A stretch of DNA of 64,000 bases. Source: an uncultured Gammaproteobacteria bacterium (GTDB taxonomy: Bacteria; Patescibacteriota; Patescibacteriia; 2-01-FULL-39-33). The position numbers and the translations under genes were made by a program. This document shows, piece by piece, positions 1 through 8,508 of the stretch; position 1 is the stretch's first letter; every line of letters starts with the position of its first letter. The notes under the pieces were generated by a model, which saw only the letters and a list, made by a program, of their open reading frames with translations, searched no databases and had not been told where the DNA came from. The stretch spans positions 9,223 to 73,222 of the forward strand of contig CAZEKG010000004.1 of the NCBI GenBank assembly GCA_964512625.1, read 5' to 3'.

Positions 1-404
1 ATCAAAAAATCAAGAAAGAAGAGATTACTAATCTAGAGTCCGTCTGCTCAGATGTTTTATCTTTTGAAATAATCCAAGAAAAATATCAAGTTATAATCAT
101 TATTAATACCTTGCAATTCTTGCCACGAGAAAAATGCTTAAAATTAATAACTAACATTAAAAATAAAATAGCATTAAACGGATTTGTTGTCATCAAGGCT
201 TTTACTACCAGTGATTCCAGTTTTATTAGGAACAGGGATAATACTAATAATACCTTCTTCACTCCCAATGAATTGAAAGATTTATTTGATGACTTTAAAG
301 TTCTTCACCATTTCGAATTCATAGCGCTTGATCCTGGTCATGGAGATAAACCAGAACCTCATTTACATGGCATTGTAGAATTAGTTGCTCAAAGAACAAA
401 ATGA
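1..404 (+). CDS. class I SAM-dependent methyltransferase, C-terminal part (TehB-like); 5' end lies outside the window
   Basis: The frame is open from position 3 through the listed ORF at 111..404. The C-terminal region resembles small TehB-type methyltransferases, but no motif I is visible because the N-terminus is missing. Confidence 0.4.
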   Translation, partial: QKIKKEEITNLESVCSDVLSFEIIQEKYQVIIIINTLQFLPREKCLKLITNIKNKIALNGFVVIKAFTTSDSSFIRNRDNTNNTFFTPNELKDLFDDFKVLHHFEFIALDPGHGDKPEPHLHGIVELVAQRTK

Positions 405-440
405 TTTATTATTAGTCACCCACCAAACACGAAATTTTAA

Positions 441-497
441 CATCTCCTCTCGATAAAGTTGGAAGACTTGTCTAAAGTCGTAGAATGTAGCTTTACC
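441..497 (+). repeat. R1 promoter-like repeat, copy 1 (TTGGAA-16 nt-TAGAAT)
   Basis: ~50 bp at ~88% identity to 7527..7581. It contains -35-like TTGGAA, a 16-nt spacer and -10-like TAGAAT. Confidence 0.55.
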
Positions 498-514
498 ACC
501 AAGTAGAAAGTACA

Positions 515-1162
515 ATGAGCTCATACCTATCAATCAAAAAATCAGAGGTAAATAAAGTTCTGTATTCTTTCCTAAAAACAACAAAAAAAGAGTTGGACCT
601 CTTTTTTAATATAAAAAGCCATGAACCATTAATCTTTCTTTTAAATTCCAGAAAAGAATTAGATTTAATTTGGGGAAATAAGACGGAAAAATGGCATGTT
701 GGCGGAACAAGGTGGCTAATAGGGGGTGGGACGAAGCAAGGCGTCATTTTCATCCTTAATCCAGAAGTTTACACTAAAGAATCAAGCCATAAAGATAAGA
801 ACGACTTTTGGAAAACCCTTAAACATGAATATACTCACATCTATTTTAAACAGCTTACGGACGGAGTACTTCCTCTTTGGCTTAATGAAGGAATAGCTTC
901 ATATCTATCCGATCAAAGGCAATCCTGCAAAAACCCTTTAAACATCTTTTCCTATTTTAATAAATCAGATAAAGACATCTATGCTATTGGTTATTTCTGG
1001 GTTGAACTACTAATAAATAAATTCGGGAAAGACAAACTAGTAGGACTGATAAAATCCTTGGAATTAAAACCAAGCTTAACTGAAAAGATATTCAATGAAA
1101 GATTTTATAAAATATACGGTTTTAAATTCAACAAGGCTAATCTTAGTAAGTTAATCGATTAA
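515..1162 (+). CDS. MA-clan (gluzincin-like) zinc metallopeptidase-like protein
   Basis: HEYTH followed ~17 residues later by LWLNEGIA (HExxH...NEG), the signature of thermolysin/M1-like gluzincins. A weak RBS precedes the start, and an R1 promoter-like element lies immediately upstream. Confidence 0.5.
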   Translation: MSSYLSIKKSEVNKVLYSFLKTTKKELDLFFNIKSHEPLIFLLNSRKELDLIWGNKTEKWHVGGTRWLIGGGTKQGVIFILNPEVYTKESSHKDKNDFWKTLKHEYTHIYFKQLTDGVLPLWLNEGIASYLSDQRQSCKNPLNIFSYFNKSDKDIYAIGYFWVELLINKFGKDKLVGLIKSLELKPSLTEKIFNERFYKIYGFKFNKANLSKLID

Positions 1163-1285
1163 GATTAAGAAAATACTTCAAAAAAGAGGCCCGACTTATT
1201 CTTTAAATACATACCAGATAGTATGAAAGATAAAGCAAACTCCATGATTTATAAATCATCTATTGTATAAATAACGTTTATTTCT

Positions 1286-1738
1286 ATGTTCAGAAAAGGA
1301 GTTTCTGCGCTTATCAAAAACAAAAAAGACGAGTTTCTTTTAGTTAATTTAGAATCTTTTGAAGAAAAGTATTTCGCAATTCCAGGCGGCGGAGTTGAGC
1401 AGGGTGAGACACTGGAAGATGCTGTATACCGAGAAATAAAAGAAGAGTTAGGAATTGAAAGGAAGTATCTTGAATTTATAGGCCAAAGCAACATTCCTAT
1501 TAGATTCAAATTTAAGGTAATTAAAATGAATAGAGACGGGGGAAACTACGAAGGTTCGGAGAGATACTTTTTTGGATTTAGATTTATTGGTAATAAAAAA
1601 ATAATAGTTCCAAACCCAGGAGAGGTCCGATCTTACAAATGGATCGCTTATGACGAGTTAAAAAAATATTTACTCTTCGATAATCAGCTGCGGGAAACGT
1701 CAGATAAAATAAAAGAAATATTTCTTAACTTACCGTGA
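1286..1738 (+). CDS. NUDIX hydrolase
   Basis: Nudix box GGGVEQGETLEDAVYREIKEELGIE (GX5EX7REUXEEXGU). Confidence 0.8.
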   Translation: MFRKGVSALIKNKKDEFLLVNLESFEEKYFAIPGGGVEQGETLEDAVYREIKEELGIERKYLEFIGQSNIPIRFKFKVIKMNRDGGNYEGSERYFFGFRFIGNKKIIVPNPGEVRSYKWIAYDELKKYLLFDNQLRETSDKIKEIFLNLP

Positions 1739-1799
1739 TTTTTGTCGTGCGTCTTATGATGGGTCATAATAACTATATAAGGGCATGCTTGAAAAGACT

Positions 1800-1862
1800 A
1801 AAAACTTCCTTTTCTGCTTAGTTTTATGGTATAGTTTTAAGATAAATTAGAATAAAATATGG
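1800..1862 (+). repeat. R2 promoter-like repeat, copy 1 (extended -10 TGgTATAGT)
   Basis: ~60 bp similar to 7748..7809. It ends at the ATG of the 1859 gene. Confidence 0.55.
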
Positions 1863-2368
1863 CAAAAATAAAAATAATTATCTCTTGGGACGGAATAAAA
1901 AGGGAGCTTGAAATGACACTAAAAAATCATCATCACGGCAATTTTAAACGCTGGGGATTAAAGCCTATACTACCGCCACGCAGATCAAGAGAAAGCTATA
2001 TAAATGCTGCTAAAAGATACTATCAAGAATCTGATCGGAAAAACAAAATACAGAGCATTATTCCAGAAATGGAAGCTTGGTGGGATAGAGAAGGTTATTT
2101 ACTTTCAAAAAAAGCCTCCGAAATAACGAGGATTAGTGAACCATCTATTTACTATGTAATTCTAACTCCCTTCGGTCCCGGAGGCGGATATAATAAATTA
2201 GCAAATACTGTTTTTATTAGAATTACCAGTCTCGATAACAGCGATTGGTGGAAAAAAGTAATTATACACGAGGTTGCCCATATATTAAATGGATCAAAAC
2301 TACAAAAAGTTCATAAAGAAAACGAGAGAAAGATTAATGAAATTGTAAGAAAATTACAGACGAAATAG
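1859..2368 (+). CDS. hypothetical small HExxH protein (putative metallo-hydrolase)
   Basis: C-terminal HEVAH motif. The R2 promoter-like element lies immediately upstream. There is no other recognisable domain. Confidence 0.4.
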   Translation: MAKIKIIISWDGIKRELEMTLKNHHHGNFKRWGLKPILPPRRSRESYINAAKRYYQESDRKNKIQSIIPEMEAWWDREGYLLSKKASEITRISEPSIYYVILTPFGPGGGYNKLANTVFIRITSLDNSDWWKKVIIHEVAHILNGSKLQKVHKENERKINEIVRKLQTK

Positions 2369-2460
2369 AAATATGTTAACAAATACAGATAGGATAATAC
2401 AGCTATAAACCAAAAAAACTAGCCTAATTTTAGATATTTTTTTAAGAAAATAATCCGAAA

Positions 2461-3156
2461 CTATTTCTTAATGATAATAATTGCCTCATCCAGTAAATTT
2501 TGAAAATCCTTATTTTTTGACCAAATATTTTTTAATTTCTTTCTTAGCTCTTTATGTTCAGGATATCCGGGATCTTGGCATAATATAATTTTGTTAAACT
2601 CCGGCTCATTCAGTAAAAAAGTTAAAGATTCTTTCAAATCTTCAATCTGGTTATTTTCCAACCCTTTTCTTTTTACGTAGTCTTTGTAGTGATGCAGAAA
2701 CTGCAAGTGCATTATTTCATGGCAAATGGTCGTAATAGAAAAAGAAGTGCTGTGCCACATCGAAGCCATAAACCAGCTTTCTTTTTCGTTATAAGGACAA
2801 ACAAAGCCAGTAGTAAAGTAACAACTGAATTTTTCTTTAAAAATAGGCTTTTTCATGATTAGCTTAAGGGCTTTGAAATACTTTTTTTCAACTAGCCTCC
2901 ATGATTTTTCGAGCGCCTGCATTTCAAAACGCATCACCTTATTTTTGTAATCTTTTTTTGGATTATTTTTAATATAGTCCTCAACTATTTTTTGGGCGCG
3001 AAAAAAACTGGCTTTTTCGATTTTTTCTAAAAGCTCATCCGGAATCTGGGCAATTTGTTCACGCCAATTCAAGCCCCACATATTTTTGTCTTTGGCAATC
3101 AAAACCCAGCTCCAGGCGTCTTTATTGAGATTGTAGTCAAATTTAACTTTTGTCAT
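2461..3156 (-). CDS. hypothetical HExxH protein
   Basis: HEIMHLQFLHH motif in the C-terminal half. A Cys-containing segment precedes it. Family not recognised. Confidence 0.4.
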   Translation of the reverse strand: MTKVKFDYNLNKDAWSWVLIAKDKNMWGLNWREQIAQIPDELLEKIEKASFFRAQKIVEDYIKNNPKKDYKNKVMRFEMQALEKSWRLVEKKYFKALKLIMKKPIFKEKFSCYFTTGFVCPYNEKESWFMASMWHSTSFSITTICHEIMHLQFLHHYKDYVKRKGLENNQIEDLKESLTFLLNEPEFNKIILCQDPGYPEHKELRKKLKNIWSKNKDFQNLLDEAIIIIKK

Positions 3157-3160
3157 GGAT

Positions 3161-3658
3161 TTACTTATTTAATAATCGCCGTATTCTTGCTATTGCCTCT
3201 TTAATAGATGATTCTGTCGATACCAACTTGCCGCCAATCTCTAAGATAAAACTTTTTGCCATGGCGTCACAGTTCAAAAGAATTACTGGTTTTTTAGCTT
3301 TAATTGCCAATGCAACCTCAGAAAGAGTTCCGCTTGAAATCTTACCGCACGCGACAACAACATCACTAGATAATACGTTAATGTTGTTTCTGGCGCTTCC
3401 CATATTTGTTATAATTGGCACATCAACCCAATCAGATGCGAGCCGTGCATTTCTATGAGGAATAATACCAATAGTTAATCCTCCTACAGATTTTGCTCCT
3501 TTATTCACCGCATCCATAATACCTTTATTTCTTCCGCCACTTAAAACTACCCACCCAGATTCAGCAATTGATTTGCCCAATTCAAAAGCAAGGTCACTGT
3601 CTATGTCACGTGCCCCCTCACCCGATCCCATTACTCCAATAATAATCTGCCTGCTCAT
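3161..3658 (-). CDS. TIGR00725 / LOG-like (SLOG) Rossmann-fold nucleotide-binding protein
   Basis: N-terminal IGVMGSG glycine-rich loop, PVILLN and a GGxxT-like core, typical of the YgdH/LOG lysine-decarboxylase-like family. It is tightly coupled to the upstream HD gene. Confidence 0.65.
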   Translation of the reverse strand: MSRQIIIGVMGSGEGARDIDSDLAFELGKSIAESGWVVLSGGRNKGIMDAVNKGAKSVGGLTIGIIPHRNARLASDWVDVPIITNMGSARNNINVLSSDVVVACGKISSGTLSEVALAIKAKKPVILLNCDAMAKSFILEIGGKLVSTESSIKEAIARIRRLLNK

Positions 3659-3661
3659 AGG

Positions 3662-4222
3662 TTAAAAATTTAATAATTTATTACTCTGTCTTGGCTCATC
3701 AAACCAGATACGGGCACTGATGGTGTCGCAACAGTGAACAAATGCGGCAAGAGGATTCATTATTCGTTTGGTATCGTGATAATCATTCTTTTCTCCTTCT
3801 ACATACTTAAGAGCATTTGATTGATCTCTTGTAAGTGAAATTTTTAATCGTTTCGCAATAATTATTGCTGACTGATATTTTGGATTACCTGCAAGAGCCG
3901 CGGGTATTGGCCGACCTCGCCCGTCTATGGTCATATTATATATTTTTTCCAAATCATGAAAGAAGAGAACATAAAGCGCATCTGAAAGCGTAAAAAGAAG
4001 CTGTCGCTGATTATTGAGCGTTTCATAAAGTAAGCAAGCAATCGACATAGTTTCTACTAAATGGCCGACATATCCTCCCTTCCAATTCTGATGCTTATGA
4101 AGACCCCCTGGAGCGCTTTGAAATCGCTCGCCCTCATTTTTTATGATAGCCAAAACATGCCTGCGATCGCTTAGCTTGATTTTTTTGACTAAAGTATTTA
4201 GCTGTTCTAAGTGATTTACCAT
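3662..4222 (-). CDS. HD-domain phosphohydrolase
   Basis: H...HD signature (GHLVETMS ... LFFHDLEKI). The start was moved to the internal Met (MVNHLEQ) preceded by an extended -10 (TGcTAAAAT). The longer ORF to 4303 is also possible. Confidence 0.5.
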   Translation of the reverse strand: MVNHLEQLNTLVKKIKLSDRRHVLAIIKNEGERFQSAPGGLHKHQNWKGGYVGHLVETMSIACLLYETLNNQRQLLFTLSDALYVLFFHDLEKIYNMTIDGRGRPIPAALAGNPKYQSAIIIAKRLKISLTRDQSNALKYVEGEKNDYHDTKRIMNPLAAFVHCCDTISARIWFDEPRQSNKLLNF

Positions 4223-4329
4223 GAATTTATAATATAATATTTTAGCATATAAAAACAAATATCCCATAAAAAACCTCGCCCCGAGATAGCTTGACCCTGT
4301 CATAGTTTATTAGTAATATAAACAAAGAG

Positions 4330-4839
4330 ATGCTTAGCTCCCATGTCTTCAAAAATCGTAAAATAAAAATAGAACTAAATAATAACACTCATAACACATT
4401 TATGTCAACCCCAAAAAACGCTGTTTCAGCTGGAGGAGTTATTGTAAAAAAAGAAAATGAATCATTTTTTATTCTTCTCTTAAGAGATACCCGTTTCCCT
4501 GAATGGTATTTTGCAAAAGGCCATGTCGAGCCAGGTGAAACCCTAGAACAAGCAGCCATGCGCGAGGTGGCCGAAGAAGCGGGATTACATCATCTTAAAA
4601 TTTATTCTTTACTTGGTTCATATGAACGTTTTGTCGAAAAGGCTAACGAACAAAAAACCATTCATTACTTCCTAATGTCACCAACACGAGAAGAGACGCC
4701 TTCGGAACCGGAAAATAAAAATGTGGAATTAAAATGGTTTCCGCTAGAGGAGTTGCCGGTTATGTATTTGCCAGAGCAAAAAGATGTCGTTGAAAAAAAT
4801 TTAGAGAAGATAAAAAACTCCCTAAGTGCGAATACTTAG
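4330..4839 (+). CDS. NUDIX hydrolase
   Basis: Nudix box GHVEPGETLEQAAMREVAEEAGL. An alternative start is at 4402. Confidence 0.75.
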   Translation: MLSSHVFKNRKIKIELNNNTHNTFMSTPKNAVSAGGVIVKKENESFFILLLRDTRFPEWYFAKGHVEPGETLEQAAMREVAEEAGLHHLKIYSLLGSYERFVEKANEQKTIHYFLMSPTREETPSEPENKNVELKWFPLEELPVMYLPEQKDVVEKNLEKIKNSLSANT

Positions 4840-4861
4840 GGAGCGGGAAACGATTAAACAG

Positions 4862-5788
4862 TTATGGTGCGATGTGATGATGCATGTCCGTAAGAGATAT
4901 GATTCCGTCTCCAAGATCACGACCTACGACTTCAACAAGTGTGCCAGCAGGAGTCACTGGATCTCTCAACCAGTGATGAGACCAAACTTGATAGATTTGA
5001 CCAGATGGCTTTTGTACGACATATTTTCTTGGAAAAAGCCACGCAGCAGCACTATCAATAACGTGAGCATTCATTCGAATCTCAGGTGCCAGATATGAAT
5101 CATCATCATAAAGCCTAGCCGGAATTTTATCTCGTTCATCTTCGCCATACGTGAAAATGAACGAGATTTTTTGTCCCTGGTAGTACACTTTCGTCAAATC
5201 GCCTGCAAATACTGAATGAAGATACCCCTGATCGAGGCCATACATTTTCGCATAACGCTCTGCGTAAGACGAGACTACCTTCTTCGTCATAAGCTCCAGC
5301 TCCCTATTGAGCAAGGCATCTTCAATAGCCCGCCTGCACGAATGTGCGGATGAACTATTAAAAATAAGCAAGTCAATATCGAAGTCTAGTGCCTCACAAC
5401 CAAGACTAACCGACCCGCCAAGTCCACACTGATGACTCGCAATTCCGGCCGCCTGCAAAATACCCTTAACAATGCCGACGCGCGAATCAGAGCTTGTAAG
5501 CCAATTCTCAAATACCTGATGTGAGTCTATGCGACCAACAATGTGTTCGGCCGGAATCATTACCGACCATGGATCAATCTGAGCACATCTGATATATGGT
5601 TGCTTAGGAAGTAGGTCTGATCTTTGGTGGCGTAAAAACTTGTCATAACGCCTGCCAGAATACACCCGCTCACCGGCTTCGCTGGGAAAATACATCGGTC
5701 TTCCAAATAGATTACCCCTCTTCGAATACAGAGATCCGATCGAGTAAATCCATCCGGAAACCGTAACAACGGGACACAAAAGATTCAT
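4862..5788 (-). CDS. Pol-beta superfamily nucleotidyltransferase (GS...DxDxD)
   Basis: GLGGSVSLGCEALDFDIDLLIF matches the hG[GS]x9-13Dh[DE]h minimal-NTase motif, and acidic clusters lie downstream (YGEDERD, YDDD). The gene is G+C-rich relative to its flanks. Its start abuts the stop of the upstream gene. Confidence 0.5.
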   Translation of the reverse strand: MNLLCPVVTVSGWIYSIGSLYSKRGNLFGRPMYFPSEAGERVYSGRRYDKFLRHQRSDLLPKQPYIRCAQIDPWSVMIPAEHIVGRIDSHQVFENWLTSSDSRVGIVKGILQAAGIASHQCGLGGSVSLGCEALDFDIDLLIFNSSSAHSCRRAIEDALLNRELELMTKKVVSSYAERYAKMYGLDQGYLHSVFAGDLTKVYYQGQKISFIFTYGEDERDKIPARLYDDDSYLAPEIRMNAHVIDSAAAWLFPRKYVVQKPSGQIYQVWSHHWLRDPVTPAGTLVEVVGRDLGDGIISLTDMHHHIAP

Positions 5789-5790
5789 TG

Positions 5791-6762
5791 TTAGATCTCC
5801 TTTCTTAGAATCTCTTTAATTTGTTCATGGAGATTATCTGGTGAAACATCTTGGTTATTTGTAATGGCATAACCACAAAGACTCACCAGACCGCCCAAAT
5901 CATTCTGCTCATACGTCGGCCACAAACCATCGCGATGAGCATCAAGTTCTATCAACCATCCTTGATCGGCCGATTTTTCAATCTCACGACCACGGATTTT
6001 CGCTCGAGTATGTCGCAAAGCATTAGTTGACTGGAGATGAATAAAAATCACTCTTCCATAACAAGAAAGCAACTCCGCTTCAGACCATCGCAGAAGACTG
6101 CCTAAGAATATTTGCCGCTGAGTCTGGGCAGTCACCCCGCGTTGTTGCAAGACAAGCTGCAACGGTTCATCCTCCCAATTCTCTCTTAATGGAAGAGCCG
6201 CAAGCTTGGCGGGACAATCCTCTTTAATACGATCAAGCTCTCGATATAACTCAAGCACCTCATCACCTTCTTTTTCAAAAATACTAAGAACACTTGACTT
6301 ACCAGAACCCTTAAGACCGATAATCCCAATAAAGAGATTTGATCCCTGCGGCGACAGTGCGTAACGCTGGCCGTGAAAAATACGAAAAGCCCTCGAATAA
6401 ATTCTTTGGCATAATCTATTCTTCATAAAAATGGCGGATTCATCCAACCCGCCAATCAGGCCTGTAATGTACGCTTCCGCTTTTAGATATCCAGCAGAAT
6501 TTAATTCCACAATAACTTGAGCGAGTTTTGAAGAAATGCATTCGCTTACTGGATTCTCATACCATCTCCAAGTCCCAGTGTCTCCATAAATTCTATCGAG
6601 TACGTGGCGTAGCTCGTTTTGAGTTGAGACATCATGAGTGATAGACTCGTCCGCCAAGAGAAGGGTCGATAGGGCAAGTGTCGATTCTTCCCGCAATAAT
6701 TCCAAGTATGATCCACTATAAACCTCGCGAAGAAAAGATCCCAAACCAGTTTCAGAAAACAT
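5791..6762 (-). CDS. P-loop NTPase / nucleotide-kinase-like protein with an uncharacterised ~170-aa N-terminal domain
   Basis: Walker A GIIGLKGSGKSS resembles CoaE/uridine-kinase-type small kinases. The start was chosen at the Met adjacent to the PRTase stop. The longer ORF to 6840 would overlap the PRTase gene by 77 nt. Confidence 0.45.
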   Translation of the reverse strand: MFSETGLGSFLREVYSGSYLELLREESTLALSTLLLADESITHDVSTQNELRHVLDRIYGDTGTWRWYENPVSECISSKLAQVIVELNSAGYLKAEAYITGLIGGLDESAIFMKNRLCQRIYSRAFRIFHGQRYALSPQGSNLFIGIIGLKGSGKSSVLSIFEKEGDEVLELYRELDRIKEDCPAKLAALPLRENWEDEPLQLVLQQRGVTAQTQRQIFLGSLLRWSEAELLSCYGRVIFIHLQSTNALRHTRAKIRGREIEKSADQGWLIELDAHRDGLWPTYEQNDLGGLVSLCGYAITNNQDVSPDNLHEQIKEILRKEI

Positions 6763-6763
6763 G

Positions 6764-7393
6764 TCAACCTCCAATCCACTCCTTGAAAGTAGTTGTCCCA
6801 TATAACAATTGATATGAGAGTATGGCCTGGCGCTCATCAATACTTAAGTAAGGGATGATATCCCTAAGCCGAGATATGGAAATCAAGTCCAAACCATTCT
6901 GAGCCTTAATGCGGTCCGCGGTACTCAAACCATCTTCACCCACATCCTCACGATCAAAAATGCGAACAATGGTTTTAGGATGATGTCCGAATGGGCTTAT
7001 CATATCTAAAACCTTTACGACAGTTTCACCCGTAGTAACCGCATTATCTATCAAAATCGTAGTTTCTTCATTATCAGCAACTTCAATGCTCTGCTCCATT
7101 TTACGAGGATATATAATTGAGAGCTTAACACGCCTACCCAACCTTAATCCATGTTCATAAATAGCTTCCGCCAAAGGAATCCCACTATTCGCAATTCCAA
7201 TAAAATGGGCCGCTTCCAATGATGAGAATTTATTGATTCTCCATGTTGCCGCGGCCATGACCTGAAAAACATCCCCTAGAAGAGTTTTTGGTAGGCGCAC
7301 AGTATAAGGAGACACTCGACCGTTTTTGAAAGTAACTTCATTAAACTGGTATAGTCCGTAATGAAGCAAGTAAGAAGCCTGATTCGAGTTCAT
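6764..7393 (-). CDS. type I phosphoribosyltransferase (PRTase)
   Basis: PRPP-binding motif TILIDNAVTTGETV. The RBS GGAGA lies 6 nt before the ATG of MNSNQ. The gene is G+C-rich. Confidence 0.65.
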   Translation of the reverse strand: MNSNQASYLLHYGLYQFNEVTFKNGRVSPYTVRLPKTLLGDVFQVMAAATWRINKFSSLEAAHFIGIANSGIPLAEAIYEHGLRLGRRVKLSIIYPRKMEQSIEVADNEETTILIDNAVTTGETVVKVLDMISPFGHHPKTIVRIFDREDVGEDGLSTADRIKAQNGLDLISISRLRDIIPYLSIDERQAILSYQLLYGTTTFKEWIGG

Positions 7394-7526
7394 GTACTTT
7401 CTCCTTTCCAGTTGAAAGTCAAACAAGTAATTGTGAAATGTACGAAACTTTTTGTAATGAACGTTATAATGAGCACTTCACTACCACTAAAAACCATATA
7501 ATAAAATGGATATTTTGTCAAGCCAA

Positions 7527-7581
7527 AAATCTCCCCGATAACGTTGGAAGATTTGTCTAAAGTCGTAGAATATGACTTTAC
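7527..7581 (+). repeat. R1 promoter-like repeat, copy 2
   Basis: Same architecture as copy 1. It is upstream of the small Cys-rich ORF. Confidence 0.55.
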
Positions 7582-7666
7582 AAATCCCGAATTCCAACGA
7601 GTAATCAAGCTGCTCTTAAACAGAGGGTTCATCTCTCTATAACTAGGAAGAAAGGAGACGGGCGCC

Positions 7667-7792
7667 ATGTTCGAAGAAATGCACGCTTATGCAGTGAACG
7701 GCCAAAGCTGCGATAGCGCAGATGCCAGTGGCTGTGACTGCTATCAGCGCCCTTCCCCTTCTTATGTGTTTTATGGTATAATTTTAGAGTAA
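7667..7792 (+). CDS. 41-aa Cys-rich small peptide (MFEEMHAYAVNGQSCDSADASGCDCYQRPSPSYVFYGIILE)
   Basis: Strong RBS AAAGGAG 8 nt upstream of the ATG. The R1 promoter-like element is ~90 nt upstream. Four Cys residues. Not in the ORF track because it is shorter than 60 aa. Confidence 0.35.
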   Translation: MFEEMHAYAVNGQSCDSADASGCDCYQRPSPSYVFYGIILE

Positions 7793-7809
7793 ATTAGAAT
7801 AAAATATGG
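7748..7809 (+). repeat. R2 promoter-like repeat, copy 2 (extended -10 TGgTATAAT)
   Basis: Contains gttttatggtataattttagagtaaattagaataaaatATGgc, which ends at the plsC start. Confidence 0.55.
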
Positions 7810-8435
7810 CTTATTGGTTAATAAAAAAACTGCTTTCCCCATTAGTTAAGGCCGTTTGGGTTGAAAAAGTAGAAGGAATAGAAAACATCCCTAGAACCGG
7901 GTCAGCTATTTTAGCATTTAATCATTGTAGTTATATGGACTTTATTACTTTTGGAGCTGTATCGCCCAGATTAGTTTTCTATCTGGCTGGTGAGGTTTTT
8001 TTTAAAAAATGGTGGTGGAGACCACTGGTTATATTAACTGGACAAGTAAAGGTTGATCGTCAAAGCAAAGATAAATCCAATTCTATAAAACAAGCTCTCT
8101 CAATACTTAAACAGCAAAAATTATTAGGCATATTCCCTGAAGGAACAAGATCAGCTAATGGCAAGCTCCAAAAAGCCTATTCTGGAGTAGCTAAAATAGC
8201 TATAGCTAGCCAAGTAAACATTATACCGGTTGGCCTTATCGGAACTTATGAAATTATGTCACGTCATAATAAGTTTCCCAAATTAAATAAAAAATGCCGT
8301 ATAATAATTGGAAATCCCATAGACCTGTCAGAATACTACGGCCAAGAATATAATCAAGAAATTATAGATATGATAACTAATAAAAAAATAATGCCAGAAA
8401 TAGCTAGGCTTAGTGGACAAGATTACACCTATTAA
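7806..8435 (+). CDS. plsC: 1-acyl-sn-glycerol-3-phosphate acyltransferase
   Basis: HX4D motif NHCSYMD and FPEGTRS motif. Confidence 0.75.
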   Translation: MAYWLIKKLLSPLVKAVWVEKVEGIENIPRTGSAILAFNHCSYMDFITFGAVSPRLVFYLAGEVFFKKWWWRPLVILTGQVKVDRQSKDKSNSIKQALSILKQQKLLGIFPEGTRSANGKLQKAYSGVAKIAIASQVNIIPVGLIGTYEIMSRHNKFPKLNKKCRIIIGNPIDLSEYYGQEYNQEIIDMITNKKIMPEIARLSGQDYTY

Positions 8436-8508
8436 ATTCTAATAGATAATTACTTTATTTTTTCATCTATTTCGTGTTATAATTAAGTCAAGATGACTTA
8501 ATTTTTTT

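Noticed and set aside
5560-6779. Internal minus-strand ORFs 5560..5769 and 6546..6779
   Set aside because: They are alternative frames inside the NTase and kinase-like genes of the G+C-rich operon.
7390-7668. 92-aa minus-strand ORF upstream of the PRTase
   Set aside because: It has no RBS, spans the R1 repeat and the promoter/RBS of the plus-strand Cys-peptide ORF, and has an AT-rich low-complexity translation.
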